Assembly (NCBI RefSeq): GCF_009914755.1 | Contig: NC_060928.1 | Strand: one strand, 5' to 3' | Origin: the human T2T-CHM13v2.0 reference genome, Homo sapiens | Length of the DNA stretch: 64,000 nt | Shown here: in pieces, positions 58,246-64,000 of the stretch | Layout of the letters: every line of letters starts with the position of its first letter | How positions within the stretch are numbered: position 1 is the stretch's first letter | Notes under the pieces: model-generated | What the model was told of the DNA's origin: nothing | Seen by the model: the letters and a program-made list of their open reading frames with translations, nothing else | The model's database searches: none | Program-made: the position numbers and the translations under genes

Positions 58246-58284
<39 letters not shown>

Positions 58285-58294
58285 AGGTGTGTGA

Positions 58295-58622
<328 letters not shown>

Positions 58623-58624
58623 TC

Positions 58625-58668
<44 letters not shown>

Positions 58669-59664
58669 TCACCTCAGGAGAATGTTTGGGCAATACTTTT
58701 ACATTGTATTAATACCTTACATATGAGGACATTCTTATATGTTGTCTTATTTATTTCTTAATGACCACAGTGACAACACAACTATCCCCTCTGCTCTCAG
58801 TCAAACTAAGGCAAAAATCAAAGTTAGTGACAATCTTCCCCACCCTCCAGAACAGATCTTGCCCCTGAATAAATAACTAGAAACAAAAGATGTGAAGAGG
58901 AGGTTCAAGAAGTAGATATAGTATGCTTGTTAGAATGAAATTAAAGCAAATGACTAGCAATAATAAATGAAGCAAGCAGAAAAAGGACTAGAAAAATTTT
59001 AAAGACAGGCAAGAAAATTTTTTAAAGTTGTATTTATGGTAACTATTATTATTAACTGTATTGTCAGTTATCTGAAAGTATACTTTGCCTATATTCAAAA
59101 GACAATATAATGCATAATCGAGTTTTTCTTTTGTTCAAAAACTAAGGTTAGTTCTGTTTTTTAACATTTCTATTATCCAGTGCTTAATTTATCTCTCCAT
59201 TTCACTGAGAAATTTTATTTTAAAAAATGATACTACAAATGTCTTTTAGGGTCTTAGCTTCACTATGTCTTTCAGATCTTTAATTGAGCCTGATCAAGTG
59301 AATTAAATGACACCTTCATGATGTAGCAGTGTAAATTCAGCTTCAAAAATATCTAACTGATTCTGACTCTAGTATTTAGTCAATTAGAATGTGTTTAGTA
59401 ACTGCTAGATTTTGGGCAGTTTACTAAACTGGAAAAGACAAGAGTACTTAATGCTGTGTAAACATGAAGCTTTACTTGACTCACTCTATTGCCTATTAAG
59501 AACGTTATCCAAATTAGCAGTCATAGTAATCAAATACAAGATGATACACTATTGAACTAAATGCCTTGGATTTGGCAATGGAAATAATGTTGTATGTCTA
59601 GAAACTTGTGCCTGACCACAGATTACAGCGTATAAAAGAGTATACAGAGAATGGCATGGTAGCT

Positions 59665-61215
59665 GCAGTGACTTCTGACACTAACTACCAGGGGACTCTG
59701 CAGGTTAAGGGTACAGTCCCCAACAAGACTATTTTTACTTCAGATACCAGCTGCAAGCTCAGGGGTTCCCAAGCCTCTGATGAACTCACTACAAATCTGG
59801 GGCTCCTCATTGACTTCTCAAGTAGAAAAATTCACTAGAAACTGTCAGAACTCAGGAAACTGCTATTGATACAAAAGTGGGGCAGGCAAGTGCTGGGAGT
59901 AGAAGGGCGGGTCCCTGGCGAGGGCTCCACCCCCCAGACCTGTGCCCACTGACCTAGATGAAGACAGGCACTCCTGCCTTTGCGCCCAAATGTTGCATTT
60001 CCCAAGACCACCCTGGCCTGCCACACCCCCAACCTGTGCCTATGCAAACCCCCAGACCCTAGGAGGCAGACAAACAAGTGACTGGAAGTGGAGCAGAACA
60101 CATTGGCAGAAGACACAAGTGGCTGGACGTCAAGAGGACGTTGAGGAGAGCATGCCGGTGGAAGAGCACATGACAGACGCCAGCAGGCCTGCAGGCCATC
60201 AACCAGCAGAACAAGGCAGAGTTTGGCCGGGACAGTTGAAGGAGAGCCCCAGCCACGGACAACGGGGAAACTATTCCCCTTCTGGCTCCCCATCTGCTGA
60301 GAGCTACTTCCACTCAATAAAACTTTGCACTCATTCTCCAAGCCCACGTGTGATCCGATTCTTTCCCGTACACCAAGGCAAGAACCCCAGGATACAGAAA
60401 GCCCTCTGTCCTTGAGACAAGGCAGAGGTCTAACTGAGCTGACTAACACAAGCCACCTATGGATGGCTAAACTGAAAGAGCACTCTGTAACACACGCCCC
60501 TTGGAGGGCTTCAGCCGTAAACATTCACCCCTAGACACAGCTGTGGGGTTGGAGCCCCACAGCCTCCCCGTCTATATGCTCCCCTAGAGGTTTGAGCAGT
60601 GGAGCACTGAAGAAGCGAGCCACACCCCATCATACACCCTGCAAGGGGAACAAGGAAACCTTTCCTGTTTCACTATATTGATGATGATATTTTTATTATA
60701 GCAAAAAGGATACATATCAGGACCAGTCAAAAAAATGTAAACAATGAGGTTGGAAGGGGTCCAATTGCAAAGCTTTCATGTCCTCTCGCTTCAGAGACAG
60801 GACACATCATCCCTCCAGTATATTAATGTGTAACAATTTACAGAATATTGTTAACCAGCAAAGCTCATCCGAGCATCATTTTGATTACATAAGCATGATT
60901 AATCAGCCAAATGACTGAACTCAATCTCCAGCCCCCATCACCTTCCTGGAAGGCAAACTTATAGTATAGTATAAAATCCCCAACTGTTAATTACATACTA
61001 GTCTTTTGGACATGGCTAGGCCCCATCCTGAGACATCTTGTTTGCACAAACTACCGAGAGACCCACTGTTAGTCATCTCACTGGCTTATGCCAGTGTGGT
61101 CCCAGGGTCTCATCATGAAGAACAGAGACACTTCTATCACTGGGGAAATTACAAGGATTTAGAAGCTCCCTCCCAGGAACCAGGAAGAAAGGCCAGTCAA
61201 GTTCTTTGTTATATG
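59665..61215. mobile_element. MER21-family LTR split by an LTR1-group insertion
   Basis: TTCTGACACTAACTACC...CAGGTTAAGGG...ACTTCAGATACCAGCTGCAAG...AGAACTCAGGAAACTGCTAT | ...CTCCCAGGAACCAGG. Confidence 0.75.
59867..60672 (+). mobile_element. LTR1-group (LTR1/27/28, ERV1) solo LTR
   Basis: TGATAC...GGTCCCTGGCGAGGGCTCCACCC...AATAAA ~60316...CCTGTTTCA; 806 bp; TSD CTAT at 59863-59866 and 60673-60676. Confidence 0.85.
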
Positions 61216-62120
61216 GCAGTAGCAGAGAAGACCCAGCCTACTCTCACTATAGTGATGAATGGGTCTGGCTCTATGCTTATCGAATTTAAAAAATGATATA
61301 AAGATGGACTTTGTTTCTACCATTATATTAAATTATTTTATCAGTGTTACTTTTATAATAATAGTTAAATTACATTTGGCAGAAACATAATATGGGGTAT
61401 ATTGGTGTATATTAAAAGTATTTTTCTAATATGTGTATATATATAATATTATATATATATAATTTTTTTTTCAAAAAATCCGGTTGAAACAGTGTAATTA
61501 CTTTCAAGAAACAAAACTGACTTCAATAATTTAAAAACTATCCTCGGGACCCTTGAGTCTCTTAAAGTTTCTGATTTTATTTTACTTTTAATTACACCCA
61601 TCTTCAATAGATTGTGCTGAAAACTTTTGATAGACTTAGAAAACTAGGTAATATTTATGCTTATAGCTTTTTAAACAAAGAAAAAAAATTAGTGATCCAG
61701 TGACATTTTTCATGAAACTATTAAAGGGTAAAAGAAAAAAGATAAAAAGAAAAATTCATATCTAGAAATAAATAGAAACCTTTACTTTCAGAAAAAGGGT
61801 TGTAACATTTTAGGGTATGAAAGAAAAATGTTTTCATAAAAAACATAATCTTAAGAAAAGAGCAGTCTCTAATAATAATGCAACATGCTCTATAAAGCAT
61901 TCTAATTCATTTTTTCTTCTATTTTAAAAAAGAAAAACTTTACAAAAAATAGGATGCCTCTGTGATTTGGAAATCTTCAATTAAGACTTGAGATTTGAAG
62001 CAAGGTAGATATATGTAAGTACCTTTCAGAATTTTTATCTTAAAGTATATTTCAAATTGCATAAGACTTAGAGAAAATTACTTCTATAATAAATGCTTAC
62101 TGCTTGTGAAGTGATGAAGA

Positions 62121-62506
62121 TATTAAAAAAAACCTTTAGGCAAATTAAATTTAGCAGAGTTTAATTGAGTGGAGAACAATTCTCCAATCCAGCAGCCAAG
62201 AGAGCCAGAAGAGTTTCAGAGTGACTCTAGGGCCACCACATGGTCAGATCACAGAAAAAGGAAAGTGACATACCAAAAATGGAAGTAAGCTACAGAGACA
62301 GCTGGATTGGTTACAGCTCAGCATTTGCCTTTTTCAAACACGATTTCAAGAGTTGCTCACCTGTGATTGGACAAAACTCTATTATAGATACAAGAGTAGG
62401 TTACAGCCTATTGACACATCCAATTAGGTTACATTTTACTATATATGGAGAAATTTTTAGGCCACACTTAAATAGGTAGGGAGGAAGCGTTAGACTTAAT
62501 TTAAGA
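62121..62506 (-). mobile_element. MER93/MER57-like ERV1 LTR
   Basis: CAAATTAAATTTAGCAGAGTTTAATTGAG, GCTGGATTGGTTACAGCTCAG; TSD AAGA/AAGG. Confidence 0.65.
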
Positions 62507-62537
62507 AAGGCTATTTGAAAATACAGAGTTTACATTT

Positions 62538-62948
62538 TGTTTCAGCCAAGGTTTTCCAGAGAAACAGAACCAATAGGATGTGTGTATACACAGAATAATC
62601 TTTATCATAAAAAATTGGCTCATGTAATTATGGAGGGTGATGAGTCTCAAATCTCCTATGTAGGCCACCAGGCTGAAGACCCAGGAGAGCCAATGCTGCA
62701 GTTCCAGTCTGAAGGTTGACAAGCAGAGACCAAGAAGAGTTGATGGTGCAGATAAAGTCTGAGAGCATTCTGTTGGAGAATCTCCTCTTGCTCTAGGAAA
62801 CCAGTCATTTGTTCTATTCAAATTTTCAACTGATTGGTTGAGGCCCACCCACATTATGGAGGACAGTCTCCTTACTCAAAGTCCATTGAATTATGTTAAC
62901 CCTATCCAAAAATACCCTTCAAATTGGTACATAAAATTATCTGTCACA
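62538..62948 (-). mobile_element. MLT2 (MLT2D-like) solo LTR
   Basis: CCAGAGAAACAGAACCAATAGGATG...GAGGCCCACCCACATTATGGAGG...CTGTCACA. Confidence 0.85.
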
Positions 62949-63086
62949 TCCTCAGAATACTGAACCAGATTTGGTTATCAGAATAAATATCTTAACAAAA
63001 ATATTAACATGTTTACCTTAACAGATCATTTCAGCTGTTAATATTTCAGCAACTAAGTCTACATAGCAGATACACTGGCATGTGTC

Positions 63087-63111
63087 GTGTGTGTGTGTGT
63101 GTGTGTGTGTG
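63087..63111. repeat. (GT)n microsatellite
   Basis: About 12 GT units. Confidence 0.95.
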
Positions 63112-63389
63112 ATTGTAGATTAACAGTAGATTCTCCAAGGAGTAAGAAAATGAAAAGGAATGAGGATTTTGTTTTAAAGCTTTCTGTTCTGGTTTGATTT
63201 GTATTTTCACAAGGAATATAATCATTTTTAAAAATTAGTGCACAAGTAAAGTTAAAAATAAATGCAATAGTCCTTTAGGAATTGACTCACTACAAAAAAT
63301 AAATTATTATGTATACTATTTTGGAATTTATCTGCAACATCTAAATAGATTTCATTTGATTATCAACTCCAACAAAATACAATTAAGAA

Positions 63390-63605
63390 AAGTGTGGTGT
63401 GGACAAGGAAATACTATATCTGGAGCCAAAAGCCCTGAAGTTATGCCTGGGTTCAATTATTTTGAAACCATATAAATTCTCTGAACTTCAGGTTTCAAAT
63501 ATGTAGACACAGAAATAATAATTACAACTGATTTGCTACATGATAATCAATAAATTCGTGTTATATTAAACCACTCTGTAAATGGTGAAAACACATATTA
63601 GCTAA
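63390..63605 (+). mobile_element. MIR (MIRc/MIR3-like)
   Basis: TTCTCTGAACTTCAGGTTTCAAATATGTA...CACTCTGTAAATGGTGAA. Confidence 0.5.
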
Positions 63606-64000
63606 TTTGGTCCAAGTTTTTTTACCATAATCAACAAAACTAATAAGTAGAGCAGCTAGGAAAAAAATTTAGTTGGCCTAATCTTTTATTTAGTGCTCTT
63701 TTCCAAGTATCACACTGTTCTTGAAGATAAACTATGTCATCTGTCAAATATGCTACCAAATATACTAATTTATTGTTAAGAATCTATACCACTAGCAGCA
63801 GTAGTGGTGGTAGTTGTGTACGTGGTGGTAAGGAAATCCCATTCTACAAAGTGAGAGATGCTACTGTCGGATCTAATACCTAAACACTAGTCTCAACCAA
63901 AATCCATTTTAAAAACAACACATAATACACGCATCCTACTTGAAAGTCATACCTGGGACATTATTTGCTACATGTGCATATGTTGGAGGGTGGGAAATGG

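Noticed and set aside
59835-60524. 229-aa and 157-aa overlapping ORFs
   Set aside because: They lie almost wholly within a GC-rich solo LTR and have no recognisable domain; expected by chance.
61436-61459. 24-bp perfect TA palindrome
   Set aside because: A trivial result of (TA)n composition.

Overview
AT-rich mammalian (primate, most likely human) intergenic or deep-intronic DNA made mostly of interspersed repeats. I find no intact protein-coding gene, RNA gene, CpG island or CRISPR-like array. Every ORF with recognisable homology is a decayed transposon remnant: L1 ORF2, ERV1 gag/pro/pol, ERVL integrase/dUTPase or Tigger4 transposase. Main contents: three complete THE1 (MaLR) LTR-int-LTR elements plus a solo THE1 LTR; solo LTRs of HERV-W (LTR17), HERV-K/HML-8 (MER11), LTR18 and the LTR1 group; a truncated MER52/HUERS-P3-like provirus; an ERVL/MLT2 3' remnant; a near full-length Tigger4 with two Alus; young L1PA copies (one 5'-inverted); old L1MA/MC/ME/PB copies; seven Alus; MIR/L2 relics and microsatellites. 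Family names come from recalled consensus sequences, so subfamily calls need RepeatMasker/Dfam confirmation. I see no evidence for a new biological system. The most interesting signals are rearrangement scars: several local templated duplications, a fold-back insertion, a 50-bp L1 stub at a deletion junction and a twin-primed L1 with a large gap. Also notable are a ~113-bp monomer array in an old L1 5'UTR, an orphan AATAAA + poly(A) unit and a CpG-retaining patch in unique DNA.
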